The notes: generated from the sequence alone by a model not told the origin. Counted from the stretch's first letter, positions 1 to 8,775 are shown. The stretch is DNA of 64,000 bases from Vitreimonas sp. (GCA_035627515.1 DASPLQ010000012.1:455269-519268), one strand, 5' to 3'. Program-made: numbers and translations.

Positions 1-59
1 TTAAGACACAAAAGAGAAGACCTCACAGAACTTTTTTTAACCTACACCGGAGAATTATC

Positions 60-2600
60 TTACAGTGGTCGTGACTTGCGCTCAATGTCAGTCCAAGTAG
101 GGTCGCCAGGACAGCGCCAGAATGAATCCTCATCCCAAGCTTCGACGGCGTATTTGCAGTAACTGACTTGGGTAGTTTTGCCATCGATTTGAAGATTCCC
201 GCCTTTGAGCAATTGAGTTTTGACTTTAGATGCATCGTATTTTTCATTGCTGCAGGGGTTTTTAGCGCTGTTGTAGTAGCCAGCAGCCCGATAGGCCTGT
301 TCATAGGTCCAGTTTTGAGACTCAGGAGCTTTGAGGCCGTTGGCATCAGCTTTACTGCGCAGCATCAGGGCTGCAAAGTGAATCGCGCCTTCGCTACCAC
401 CCTTATCTTTGCCATCGAAGGAACACAAGTTGCGTTCAGCATACGTGGCTGGTCCGCGGCCATGACAGACAGGGACGTTGATCTGCATCGGTCCTACGTC
501 ACCGGTGGAACTGATTTGACAGGAGACTTGTTCGCCAGGTGTAAAGGTTTTTGCTCCGCTATTCAAATAATAATCGTTGGCGTCGCCGCCTTCGATCGAG
601 AATAAACCGCGCAACACGAAGCCGGGCACACGATACTGCCGCGCCGCGCTACAAAAAGTATCTCGCAGTTTTTCTTTAGGTAATAACGTCACTTTCTGAG
701 GGCGATAGAGGGCTTCGCATGATTTGGGAGCGGTGCCGGGCAAGCTATTGCCTTCAGCGGGATCGGTGGTCAACTCTTCATTATCCTCGGCACTACTAGC
801 GGCACATTGGCGTAAGATAAAGGCTTCGTTGCGATTATCTGCGGTCTCTTCGCATTCGCGCAGGACAGCGTTCTGGTCACCGGCAGTCACCGCTTGCTGA
901 GTGGGATAAAAGCTCAAGCCTAAAGGATAACCTACAGTTAAGTCATCGACGTTGGCTTGAGCACCAGGCTCTTCGTAACAGGCATCGGGGTTTTCGGGGT
1001 TGTCGACACAATTGGGTTTGCGGACTTTACCGGCTTTGCCACCACCTCCTTCGAAGTTAATAGGTTGGTTTTGAGTAGAACGGATGCCTTCGCTAATCCG
1101 ATCTTGGTGTTCTTCAGAGTTGGAGATGGAGCTGGCTAAGACGCTTTCCATCGCTTCACGAACTTTGGCGGCATCACCATATTTAGGATCGATATTACTG
1201 AACATGATCAGAGTGACGGTAGGTTGCTCGGCAGGCTTGGTATTTTTACCGAGTACCACGCTACTCAGGAACGACAAACCTTCCCCAACTTTACTAAAGA
1301 TGCTGGAGGCTTTTTCTTTGACACTGGTATTAATATCAAGTTGGCCGCCTAACACTCTGTAGATCGTGCTTTTACCTTCCACGCTGCCCACTTCAGCTAC
1401 TTCTTTGACTTCTTCGTACTCGACGTTTTTGTCGGGTTGGCATTGCTCAGGGTTGATAGTATCCACGGTCATCCATGCCAGTGCTTCCTCAAGTGGCTCA
1501 CAATCCTCAGCATTACAATGCACAATGGGAGAAGCAAGACGGTTTTCTTCTTTTTGTTTCTGAAGTTCGACCTTGAGATCGTCCTGGAGACGGGCAGGCA
1601 ATAAGCTGTTGGCACTTTGACCCATACCAGTCTGGAAAAAGCCATCACCTTGGGCGTCTTGATTACTAATTGTCCCAGCAGGCATTTTGAGAGGCACAAT
1701 TTCCCAACTATCTTGTTGATTACCAGCCAGAGTACTTTTGAGCTTGAAGCGGAGTTTGCTCAGGGCGCCACCAGTTTGATCAGGGTCATCGACGACGTCA
1801 ATTTTGATACCTAACCAAGCTGGATAATACATCCGGTCAAAGTACTGCTTTTGTTCATACATCAGAATATTGCGGAGGGTAAAGAAGTCTCCAGGGAGTT
1901 GAGTTTGATCTTCCAGTTCAGATAACGGCTTAGCATAGTCTTTACAAGTAAAGCTGAGGACGTGGTAGCGTTCGAGAGCTTTAGTGGGCCACCAATCTTT
2001 GACGTTGGGGTAATCGGCATCCAAAGCACAGTCCTTAGGATTAACTAAACGATCACAATGATACTTGGTCATTTCTAAAAGATGCAGCGATTGTTTACAT
2101 TGAAACTCGGCATCGGTTTGGCGGAAAAAAGAGGGTGCAGCCACTAAGCCCTCAGGAGCAGATTTTAGCTCATCCTGGTCAGGATACTCGCTAGTGCGCA
2201 TATCGACGTCAGGTTTATCTTCACTTCGCCACAGCAGCGATTTGAGGCCTTCGGCGTTATCGAGCTTCAGCGATGAGTCAAAATCGACGCGCATATCAGC
2301 AGGAATAGCGTTTTTAATATCTTCGGAAATATTTTCGGTGTGAGTGACGACTTCGGAGCTGGCACAAAAAGCGGTGTAGCCTTTATCGCGCAGGTCACCA
2401 ATGATTTCATTGACTTGTTTACTATCAATGTTGAGATCTTGAAGATAATAATCATCAGGCCCGGGGGGAATACGAGGACTCTCAACTTGGGTTTCTTGAG
2501 CATACGCCACGGTGGAAGTGTTAAACCATATTATACCCAGCCCCATGACCACTAACAGCAGGGCAGTCCACAACACCGACCACAAACGATTTTTGCGCAC
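60..2600 (-). CDS. Large exported protein with C-terminal lytic transglycosylase (SLT/lysozyme-like) domain
   Basis: N-terminal TM/signal. C-terminal AARQYRVP..LRGLFSIEGG, GDVGPMQIN, AIHFAALMLR and AAGYYN follow the SLT motif order (catalytic Glu, G-x-MQ, YN). TATAAT lies 6 nt before the GTG. Confidence 0.65.
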   Translation of the reverse strand: MRKNRLWSVLWTALLLVVMGLGIIWFNTSTVAYAQETQVESPRIPPGPDDYYLQDLNIDSKQVNEIIGDLRDKGYTAFCASSEVVTHTENISEDIKNAIPADMRVDFDSSLKLDNAEGLKSLLWRSEDKPDVDMRTSEYPDQDELKSAPEGLVAAPSFFRQTDAEFQCKQSLHLLEMTKYHCDRLVNPKDCALDADYPNVKDWWPTKALERYHVLSFTCKDYAKPLSELEDQTQLPGDFFTLRNILMYEQKQYFDRMYYPAWLGIKIDVVDDPDQTGGALSKLRFKLKSTLAGNQQDSWEIVPLKMPAGTISNQDAQGDGFFQTGMGQSANSLLPARLQDDLKVELQKQKEENRLASPIVHCNAEDCEPLEEALAWMTVDTINPEQCQPDKNVEYEEVKEVAEVGSVEGKSTIYRVLGGQLDINTSVKEKASSIFSKVGEGLSFLSSVVLGKNTKPAEQPTVTLIMFSNIDPKYGDAAKVREAMESVLASSISNSEEHQDRISEGIRSTQNQPINFEGGGGKAGKVRKPNCVDNPENPDACYEEPGAQANVDDLTVGYPLGLSFYPTQQAVTAGDQNAVLRECEETADNRNEAFILRQCAASSAEDNEELTTDPAEGNSLPGTAPKSCEALYRPQKVTLLPKEKLRDTFCSAARQYRVPGFVLRGLFSIEGGDANDYYLNSGAKTFTPGEQVSCQISSTGDVGPMQINVPVCHGRGPATYAERNLCSFDGKDKGGSEGAIHFAALMLRSKADANGLKAPESQNWTYEQAYRAAGYYNSAKNPCSNEKYDASKVKTQLLKGGNLQIDGKTTQVSYCKYAVEAWDEDSFWRCPGDPTWTDIERKSRPL

Positions 2601-2629
2601 AGTACTATTATACCTGGAAGAGCAAGTGG

Positions 2630-3040
2630 TTATATGGTTAACTTGAACATCGTAAGACTGGGGATGCCAGTGAAGGCGGCAATCAAGTTTAAGATGATGA
2701 AAGCGCTCAGGGCAACGACTAAGCCCACAACCGCGAAGGTGATGGTATTGCGCGCTGCATCAGCGCCTTTTGGATCACTGCCTGAAAGCATGTAGCGAAA
2801 ACCACCAATAATAATCATCACAAAGCCTGCTAACCCAATCAGAGTCAGAGCAATGGACAAAATGTTAGCAATTAAACATTGCAGACCGAGAAAGGTGGCA
2901 ACATCACCCGCCCCAGGAGTGGCGGTGCGATCGGCAATACAGACGCCTGACCAAGCCTTAGTTTGGGCGGCGACAGGTAAAGGGAACATTAATGAGGCGA
3001 CAGTTAGAAGGGGGAGGAAAAAACTCAATTTTTTTAGCAT
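2630..3040 (-). CDS. VirB2/TrbC-like (T4SS-type) pilin
   Basis: Signal peptide plus two hydrophobic helices joined by GGFRYMLSGSDPKGADAARNTITFAVVG. Start moved to ATG 3040, which has TATAAT 9 nt upstream. Confidence 0.8.
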   Translation of the reverse strand: MLKKLSFFLPLLTVASLMFPLPVAAQTKAWSGVCIADRTATPGAGDVATFLGLQCLIANILSIALTLIGLAGFVMIIIGGFRYMLSGSDPKGADAARNTITFAVVGLVVALSAFIILNLIAAFTGIPSLTMFKLTI

Positions 3041-3059
3041 GCACGGTCGATTATACTGC

Positions 3060-3521
3060 TTAGCCTCTGATAGTTCGAGCACTGTCTAAGACATCATTTA
3101 AGTTATTGAATCCTAAAAATCTCACAATCAAGTTGAGGATCGCGTATGACGCTGCCACGATGATCAAGCCAATGACGGCGGCTGTCATTTTACTGCGGGC
3201 TTTTTCAGTGGCACCCTTGTCACCACCAGACATAATCCAGTCAAAAGCGGCTGAGATTAAATAGAAAAAGACCAGTAAAGCCGAGATTACCATCACTAAA
3301 CTCAGGACGGAGTTGAGCCAGCTGCCAAAATCGACGGCAAAACCTCTGGGTAACTCGATGTCACGTGTGCCTAAGTGAAGATTGCCGCGCTGGTTGGTGG
3401 TAGCAGCTGAATTACTAGCTTCACCTGCAGTCGTTTCGGTCGTAAGGTACAAAGCGGCGCCATCTTTTTTAGTGATGACTTGGCCGGGTTGGTTAATTTT
3501 AGTAGTAGTGAGTCCTGACAT
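3060..3521 (-). CDS. VirB2/TrbC-like pilin, paralog of 4146-4553 lacking an obvious signal peptide
   Basis: WIMSGGDKGATEKARSKMTAAVIG motif between two TM helices. Confidence 0.75.
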   Translation of the reverse strand: MSGLTTTKINQPGQVITKKDGAALYLTTETTAGEASNSAATTNQRGNLHLGTRDIELPRGFAVDFGSWLNSVLSLVMVISALLVFFYLISAAFDWIMSGGDKGATEKARSKMTAAVIGLIIVAASYAILNLIVRFLGFNNLNDVLDSARTIRG

Positions 3522-3857
3522 GATAGTGTTTTCTTGATAACGCTTTAATGCGCTTTTGAAACATATTATACCAGATCAGAGAAGATCAAATTTTTTGAAT
3601 AGGGCGGAGAGTCATAAAGTTAAATTTTTCGGCAATTTACTCAAGAATCAAGGAAGTTGATCTTCATTGAGAGTGTGATTGAAATTCTCACTCAAGTCGC
3701 GTTACAAAATGTACATGTCTCAGGTTCAAATTTACATAGATGTTCAATGAAGGATGGTCAATTCTCTGTTATTCCTGAAAGTGAAGATTAATTTAATTTT
3801 CTTACATTTATGCAAGCTTAACGCAAGAATTGTCCGATATATTCAGAAGTTAGAGAT

Positions 3858-4076
3858 ATGCAAATTAACCACCACCCCCAAGATAAACGAATTGTTGCCA
3901 GCATTACTGAGTTAAGAGAAAACTTATTTGAGCTGGTACTGCGTGTGCATTATGAGGAAAGAATTGTGCTTATTAAACGTCATGGCAAAGTTATTGCCAT
4001 GCTGCGCTCATACAATGTTAATCCTTATCGACCGAGAATCCCACCTTGGTTTATTCATAAATACGGTTGGAAGTAG
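3858..4076 (+). CDS. Phd/YefM-family antitoxin-like DNA-binding protein (orphan)
   Basis: SITELRENL..LVLRV...IVLIKRHGKVIAML matches the Phd/YefM N-terminal pattern; no toxin gene adjacent. Confidence 0.65.
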   Translation: MQINHHPQDKRIVASITELRENLFELVLRVHYEERIVLIKRHGKVIAMLRSYNVNPYRPRIPPWFIHKYGWK

Positions 4077-4086
4077 CCACACAACT

Positions 4087-4121
4087 AAAAACCCCGCCCG
4101 GTGCTAAGCACAAGGCGGGGT
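4087..4121 (-). terminator. Intrinsic terminator after the pilin at 4146-4553
   Basis: Minus strand ACCCCGCC-TT-GTGC-tta-GCAC-CG-GGCGGGGT followed by a T run. Confidence 0.8.
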
Positions 4122-4145
4122 ATAGATTCACACTAAACTAATACA

Positions 4146-4553
4146 TTAGTTATTGTTAATAGTCTTAGGACTGTTCAAAACGTCGTTGAGGTCAGTGAAG
4201 CCTAAGAAGCGCAACACCAAAGTCAAGATAGCGTAGGAAGCAGCCAAAATGATTAAACCGATGACAGCAGCCGTAATTTTACTGCGAGCTTTTTCGGTTT
4301 GGCCTTTGTCACCACCTGAAGTGATCCATTCGATACCACCCCAGATTAAGTACATGAATACTAACAATGCTGCGATCACCATCACGAAACTCAAGACGGC
4401 GTTAAGCAACGTACCGAAGTCGGTAGCGAAACCGCGTCCGGGATCGACGTTGGTAGTAGCCAAGTCCAAAGCGAAAACAGTTCCAGCAGTCATGGCTAAA
4501 GCACTGACGCTAGCGGGAACAGAGAGGGCTAATTTTTGTAAAGTTTTTTTCAT
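4146..4553 (-). CDS. VirB2/TrbC-like pilin, probable major subunit
   Basis: Signal peptide MKKTLQK..VFA; WITSGGDKGQTEKARSKITAAVIG; own TATAAT, TAAGGAGA SD and terminator. Confidence 0.85.
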   Translation of the reverse strand: MKKTLQKLALSVPASVSALAMTAGTVFALDLATTNVDPGRGFATDFGTLLNAVLSFVMVIAALLVFMYLIWGGIEWITSGGDKGQTEKARSKITAAVIGLIILAASYAILTLVLRFLGFTDLNDVLNSPKTINNN

Positions 4554-4562
4554 TTTACTATT

Positions 4563-4589
4563 TCTCCTTATGTAGCTGGTTATATTATA
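4563..4589 (-). promoter_or_regulatory. -10 box and Shine-Dalgarno of the putative major pilin
   Basis: TATAAT at 4589-4584 and TAAGGAGA at 4570-4563, 9 nt before ATG 4553. Confidence 0.65.
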
Positions 4590-4597
4590 CATAACAA

Positions 4598-5197
4598 TTA
4601 ACAGGAATTAAAGTCATAGCCTGGTTTTTGTTTGGCAGCGCCACCAATACAATAACAAGGGTCATAGTGATTATATGATAAATGCTTATCAGCTTTGTTG
4701 CAGCGAACCATGGCTGCGCCATCGGTGCAGTAGCCACCCGCTCCACCATCGTTAGACATCTGCCCAACCGTGCAACCACCGCCACCACCAGTCCCACCGC
4801 TGCCTCCGGTTCCGCCGGTGCCAGTTGTAGCTGGAGCTACGATAGCTGCTGGGGTAGAAGACCCTCCCACACCAGCGCCAAAGTTAACAACATTAATGCC
4901 TAAGAAATTTTGTAATACTACAAACAGTGCGATGGTAGAGGCTAAAACGATGATGCCAATGATCGCGCCCGTGATTTTATTACGAGCTTTTTCAATTTGA
5001 CCTTTGTCGCCGCCGGCTGTGATCCAGGTGATCGCACCCCAGACTAAATAGAGGAGGACTAACAGGGCTGCCACCACCATCACGCCACTCAGGACACTGC
5101 CCAGAAAGGCTCCGAAACCGTCACCAGCTTTGGTAACACTGCCATCAACGCCCGGAAGAGCGCCTTGGCCTGCTTGGTAAAAATTGAGTTCATTCAT
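4598..5197 (-). CDS. VirB2/TrbC-like pilin with Gly/Thr linker and C-terminal Cys-rich domain
   Basis: WITAGGDKGQIEKARNKITGAIIG motif, then a GGTGG linker and a 6-Cys tail. Confidence 0.8.
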   Translation of the reverse strand: MNELNFYQAGQGALPGVDGSVTKAGDGFGAFLGSVLSGVMVVAALLVLLYLVWGAITWITAGGDKGQIEKARNKITGAIIGIIVLASTIALFVVLQNFLGINVVNFGAGVGGSSTPAAIVAPATTGTGGTGGSGGTGGGGGCTVGQMSNDGGAGGYCTDGAAMVRCNKADKHLSYNHYDPCYCIGGAAKQKPGYDFNSC

Positions 5198-5212
5198 AAT
5201 TACTATCTTATG

Positions 5213-5623
5213 TTAAATAGTTGGAATAGTTAATCGCAAGATATCGAAATTATTGCCAAAGAACGCCCGACTGATGAAGCCGATGATGAAAAACGATCCT
5301 ACCAATAACACCATACCAATGATGGCATTAGTGATTTTATCGCGGGCTTTTTGAATTTTGCCGCTATCACCACCAGCGTAAATCCACTCTAAACCACCCC
5401 AGAGGAAGTAAATAATCACAGCCAGGGCTCCGACCGCAATCAAACCGCGCCAAATGACGATGAAGTAGCTCATAAAAGTAGCGCCACTTTCAGCTTGAGC
5501 GGGGTTATTCCCTAATTGGCCGGTGACAGGATTTTTGATGCCTTCGAAAGCAGCTTGAACCAGAGAACTGGAACTCATAAATGACAAGATGGCGAGCAGT
5601 GGAGCTAAAAGATGTTTTTTCAT
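5213..5623 (-). CDS. VirB2/TrbC-like pilin
   Basis: Signal peptide; WIYAGGDSGKIQKARDKITNAIIG. Confidence 0.8.
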   Translation of the reverse strand: MKKHLLAPLLAILSFMSSSSLVQAAFEGIKNPVTGQLGNNPAQAESGATFMSYFIVIWRGLIAVGALAVIIYFLWGGLEWIYAGGDSGKIQKARDKITNAIIGMVLLVGSFFIIGFISRAFFGNNFDILRLTIPTI

Positions 5624-5625
5624 GG

Positions 5626-6018
5626 TTAACGATTATTAATGATATCTAGTAATGATTGTCCTGGTGACAAGACATCAATGCCGACGATGCGGCCAATTAA
5701 GCCCATCACACCATAAGCAGCCACAATGATAATTAAGCCCATCACACCTTGAATCATTTGATCGCGAGCTTTACCCACCTTACCACTGTCTCCGCCAGCA
5801 GCAGTCCATTTGAAAGCACCCATCACAAAGTAAACGATGAAAAACAAGGCTGCTAACACAGTCAAAAAGCCTAAAATTTGTGACACAAATAACTCGAGGT
5901 TTTTCAACGCGGTTTCGCGACCGACAGCTGAGTCACCAAATTTAGTGATGTTGAAGTTATCAGCGGCAGGAGTAATGCCTTTTCCAAAGTCAGCAGTTTT
6001 GGCAAGTAACGTTAACAT
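5626..6018 (-). CDS. VirB2/TrbC-like pilin
   Basis: WTAAGGDSGKVGKARDQMIQGVMG between two TM helices. Confidence 0.8.
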   Translation of the reverse strand: MLTLLAKTADFGKGITPAADNFNITKFGDSAVGRETALKNLELFVSQILGFLTVLAALFFIVYFVMGAFKWTAAGGDSGKVGKARDQMIQGVMGLIIIVAAYGVMGLIGRIVGIDVLSPGQSLLDIINNR

Positions 6019-6019
6019 A

Positions 6020-6394
6020 TTACGGTCCTTTAATAATCGGATTCAAGATAAAGCCAGCATCATCGAACACAATCAAGCCAATTAAGGCCGCCACGGTGTA
6101 CGAAGTGACAATTAAAATTAAACCAATCACGCTCATGGTGAGACGCTCACGAACTTTGTTGTGAGCACTGGCATCACCGCTCGCAGTAATGTACTCGTAA
6201 CCAGCTAAGATAAATTGAAACATCACCCAGATACCTGCGATGACGGTGGCAACGCGAATAAGGGTGGACATAAAGGCTAAAATACCGATTTGATTACCGC
6301 CTGTGCCACTATAGAGTTGGACACCGGGTGGTGGGGAAACTTTACCAAAGACATTAGCAGGAGGAGCGGCGAGGAAAAAAGAAAAGAGCGACAT
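6020..6394 (-). CDS. VirB2/TrbC-like pilin
   Basis: YITASGDASAHNKVRERLTMSVIG; start moved to ATG 6394, which has TGGTATAAT 7 nt upstream. Confidence 0.75.
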   Translation of the reverse strand: MSLFSFFLAAPPANVFGKVSPPPGVQLYSGTGGNQIGILAFMSTLIRVATVIAGIWVMFQFILAGYEYITASGDASAHNKVRERLTMSVIGLILIVTSYTVAALIGLIVFDDAGFILNPIIKGP

Positions 6395-6423
6395 GATGTG
6401 AATTATACCATTTTTTATGATGG

Positions 6424-6783
6424 CTAGAACATAATCTCTTGGCCAATGACAATTTCTACCACCTGAACTATCCAATAGGCAATAAACATGATGATATAAC
6501 CAGCCGCGGCGGTAGTGATAATGGATTTGGCTTCATCCTTACCTTTACTACCACTTTGAATAAACTTAAAGCCAGCATAAATAATCAACAAAAAGAGAAT
6601 AATGCCAGCTAACACAAACAAGTTGCTGACCAAAATATTGATGAGTTGAGTGGGTTGAGCGTAAACGCTTTTAACTGTGGCTTTGCCTGGACCAAGTGTC
6701 AAACAATTGCCCAGATCAATTCCCGAGACACCGGGGTCACACCCAGGGGCAGCAGCTAATAAACTTAACGTAGACAACAGCAT
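6424..6783 (-). CDS. VirB2/TrbC-like pilin
   Basis: AGFKFIQSGSKGKDEAKSIITTAAAG between two TM helices. Confidence 0.75.
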   Translation of the reverse strand: MLLSTLSLLAAAPGCDPGVSGIDLGNCLTLGPGKATVKSVYAQPTQLINILVSNLFVLAGIILFLLIIYAGFKFIQSGSKGKDEAKSIITTAAAGYIIMFIAYWIVQVVEIVIGQEIMF

Positions 6784-6832
6784 ATGTGTGATATTATAAG
6801 TCTTAACTGCTTATTTACCAAACAGGAAACGC

Positions 6833-7387
6833 ATGACTGCTCAGTTGGATACAGATAAGATATTGCTCTCTCGATTAAAAGCGGGTGATCCAGCCGCTGT
6901 CCAAGAGTGGTTCCAAACCTATCACGCTAAGTTAGTCCGTTTTATAGCTGCTAAAGTTACCAATTCCACTGATGCCGAAGAATTAGCTCAAGAAACCTTC
7001 ATCAACTGCTTGAAACATTTACCGTTATTCCGAGGTGAGTCGCAAATTTGGACGTGGATGCAAAGTGTAGCCCGTCATGAAATTGCTGATTACTTCCGTA
7101 AAAAATACGCTAAAAAAGCGTTAAATGTTTTACCTCTCAGTGAGTTAATTGGCACTGAGCCGGTGGCTGATGCTCACGAACTAGCTGAAAAAGTCAAAGC
7201 CACTCTCAAAAAAATGACAGCCGAAGCCCAAGAATTATTGTGGCTGAAGTATGTCGATGGCAAGAAAGTTGCCGATATTGCTCTAGAGTTGGGGCGCAGC
7301 GTCAAAGCCGTGGAGTCAGATTTATTTAGAGCTCGTGTGGAGTTTAAGGCACTATATGCCGAAATCGATACTGCTGCCACCCGCTGA
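6833..7387 (+). CDS. ECF-type RNA polymerase sigma factor
   Basis: Region 2 (DAEELAQETF..W...VARH) and region 4 HTH (DIALELGRSVKAVESDLFRAR). Confidence 0.9.
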   Translation: MTAQLDTDKILLSRLKAGDPAAVQEWFQTYHAKLVRFIAAKVTNSTDAEELAQETFINCLKHLPLFRGESQIWTWMQSVARHEIADYFRKKYAKKALNVLPLSELIGTEPVADAHELAEKVKATLKKMTAEAQELLWLKYVDGKKVADIALELGRSVKAVESDLFRARVEFKALYAEIDTAATR

Positions 7388-7553
7388 TTTTTTGGGTAAA
7401 CTGCAAGCTGAGGCTGCGCGGCAAGCTCGGCTGCATGAACATCGTTTTTTCCCCCCGCAACTGGATTTTTTAACCTCGTTTATTGGTCGATATCCCTGGC
7501 AAACGAGTGGAGCCTTAGCGTTGCTAACGGCTTTAGTATTGGAGTTGCTGTGA
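7356..7553 (+). CDS. Small membrane protein overlapping the ECF sigma gene (possible anti-sigma)
   Basis: ATG 7356; C-terminal TM; overlaps both neighbouring genes. Confidence 0.55.
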   Translation: MPKSILLPPADFLGKLQAEAARQARLHEHRFFPPQLDFLTSFIGRYPWQTSGALALLTALVLELL

Positions 7554-7903
7554 CAAATCGATCTTTACTAAGCTGGAGCTTTTCACTGCTTTATTCCCTG
7601 GCACAAATTACACAGGGATTGTTATTGCACCCTTACCAAACGATGCAGTCTCTGGTTCAGGATAAAGTTTTTGTGTGGATGACACTATTGCCGGCAGTGG
7701 TGTTAGCAATGGTCACAGTTGGATGGCGGTTTGTGATCGTGCCGGTAGTACGATTGGTTTTTTCCTGCCAGGCCACTGGCTTTATTGGATGCGATTTTCT
7801 ACCCTTTATTTCGAATACCCTGACATTCTTCTGTATTTATTGGCAGGTGCTATTGATTTATTTGCTGTTTAGATTTGATTGGGTGTTTGAAAACGACACC
7901 TAA
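7550..7903 (+). CDS. Hypothetical membrane protein
   Basis: Hydrophobic ORF; GTGA overlap with the upstream gene. Confidence 0.6.
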   Translation: MTNRSLLSWSFSLLYSLAQITQGLLLHPYQTMQSLVQDKVFVWMTLLPAVVLAMVTVGWRFVIVPVVRLVFSCQATGFIGCDFLPFISNTLTFFCIYWQVLLIYLLFRFDWVFENDT

Positions 7904-7935
7904 AACCAGCGTGCTTGCCTATGGCCTTGTGACCA

Positions 7936-8337
7936 CTACGCAGCTTTGGGCACAGCGGCAGATGACGGTAAATGCTGTTTGATTTTGGCTAAAATATCTT
8001 CTAACGACATATCGCTTTTGACGATGTAATCAATAGCCCCGAGTTTTAAGCCCTTATCAATATCTTCACGTTGCCCTAAGTTCGAGGCGATAATGACAGG
8101 AATTTTTTTCCAGGTAGGATTACTACCAATATCAGTTAAGACTGAGAAGCCATCTTTAATCGGCATCATTAAATCTAATAAAATGACATCGGGTTGGCTA
8201 ACTTTGAGCGCCTCAATCGCTTCATTGCCATCGGCAGCTAATACTACTTCGTAACCGGCTTTAGCTAACTTTACGCGATAGGCATTGCCTAAAAACTTAT
8301 CATCCTCGGCTACTAAAATCTTAAACATATTTACCAC
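7936..8337 (-). CDS. Stand-alone response regulator (receiver domain only)
   Basis: ILVAEDD, ILLDLMMP.DG, DYIVK. Confidence 0.9.
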   Translation of the reverse strand: MVNMFKILVAEDDKFLGNAYRVKLAKAGYEVVLAADGNEAIEALKVSQPDVILLDLMMPIKDGFSVLTDIGSNPTWKKIPVIIASNLGQREDIDKGLKLGAIDYIVKSDMSLEDILAKIKQHLPSSAAVPKAA

Positions 8338-8349
8338 CCTTTTATTTTA

Positions 8350-8775
8350 TTAATTACTAGTTGCTACAACTGGTTGTTCATCTGATTCTTCTGAAGTAAT
8401 GAAATCTTTAATAATCGCGATAATTTCATCTAACCGGTACTCAGCTTTAAGCAAATATTTTTTTGCACCTAAAGCTAACATGTTATGCACTTTTTCTGGA
8501 TTAGCTGAATTACTGACCACAACTACCGGAATCTCACTCCAACGAGGGTCTTTTTTAAGCTCTTGCATAAAGGAAAGGCCATTCATATCTTTAAGATAAT
8601 AGTCTAGCCAGACAGCGTCAGGTAATTCATCAACATTACTCAGGTAGTCCACTGCTTGTTGGCCACTGGAACAAGATAAAACATCAATTCCCGTCAACTT
8701 GAGTTTTTTAGTGATAGCTTGTAGAAGTAAAACCTCATCTTCAACCACCATCACTGTAGGAAATTTTTTACTCAT
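8350..8775 (-). CDS. Stand-alone response regulator (receiver domain only)
   Basis: VMVVEDE, VWLDYYL.DMNG, KYLLK. Confidence 0.88.
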   Translation of the reverse strand: MSKKFPTVMVVEDEVLLLQAITKKLKLTGIDVLSCSSGQQAVDYLSNVDELPDAVWLDYYLKDMNGLSFMQELKKDPRWSEIPVVVVSNSANPEKVHNMLALGAKKYLLKAEYRLDEIIAIIKDFITSEESDEQPVVATSN

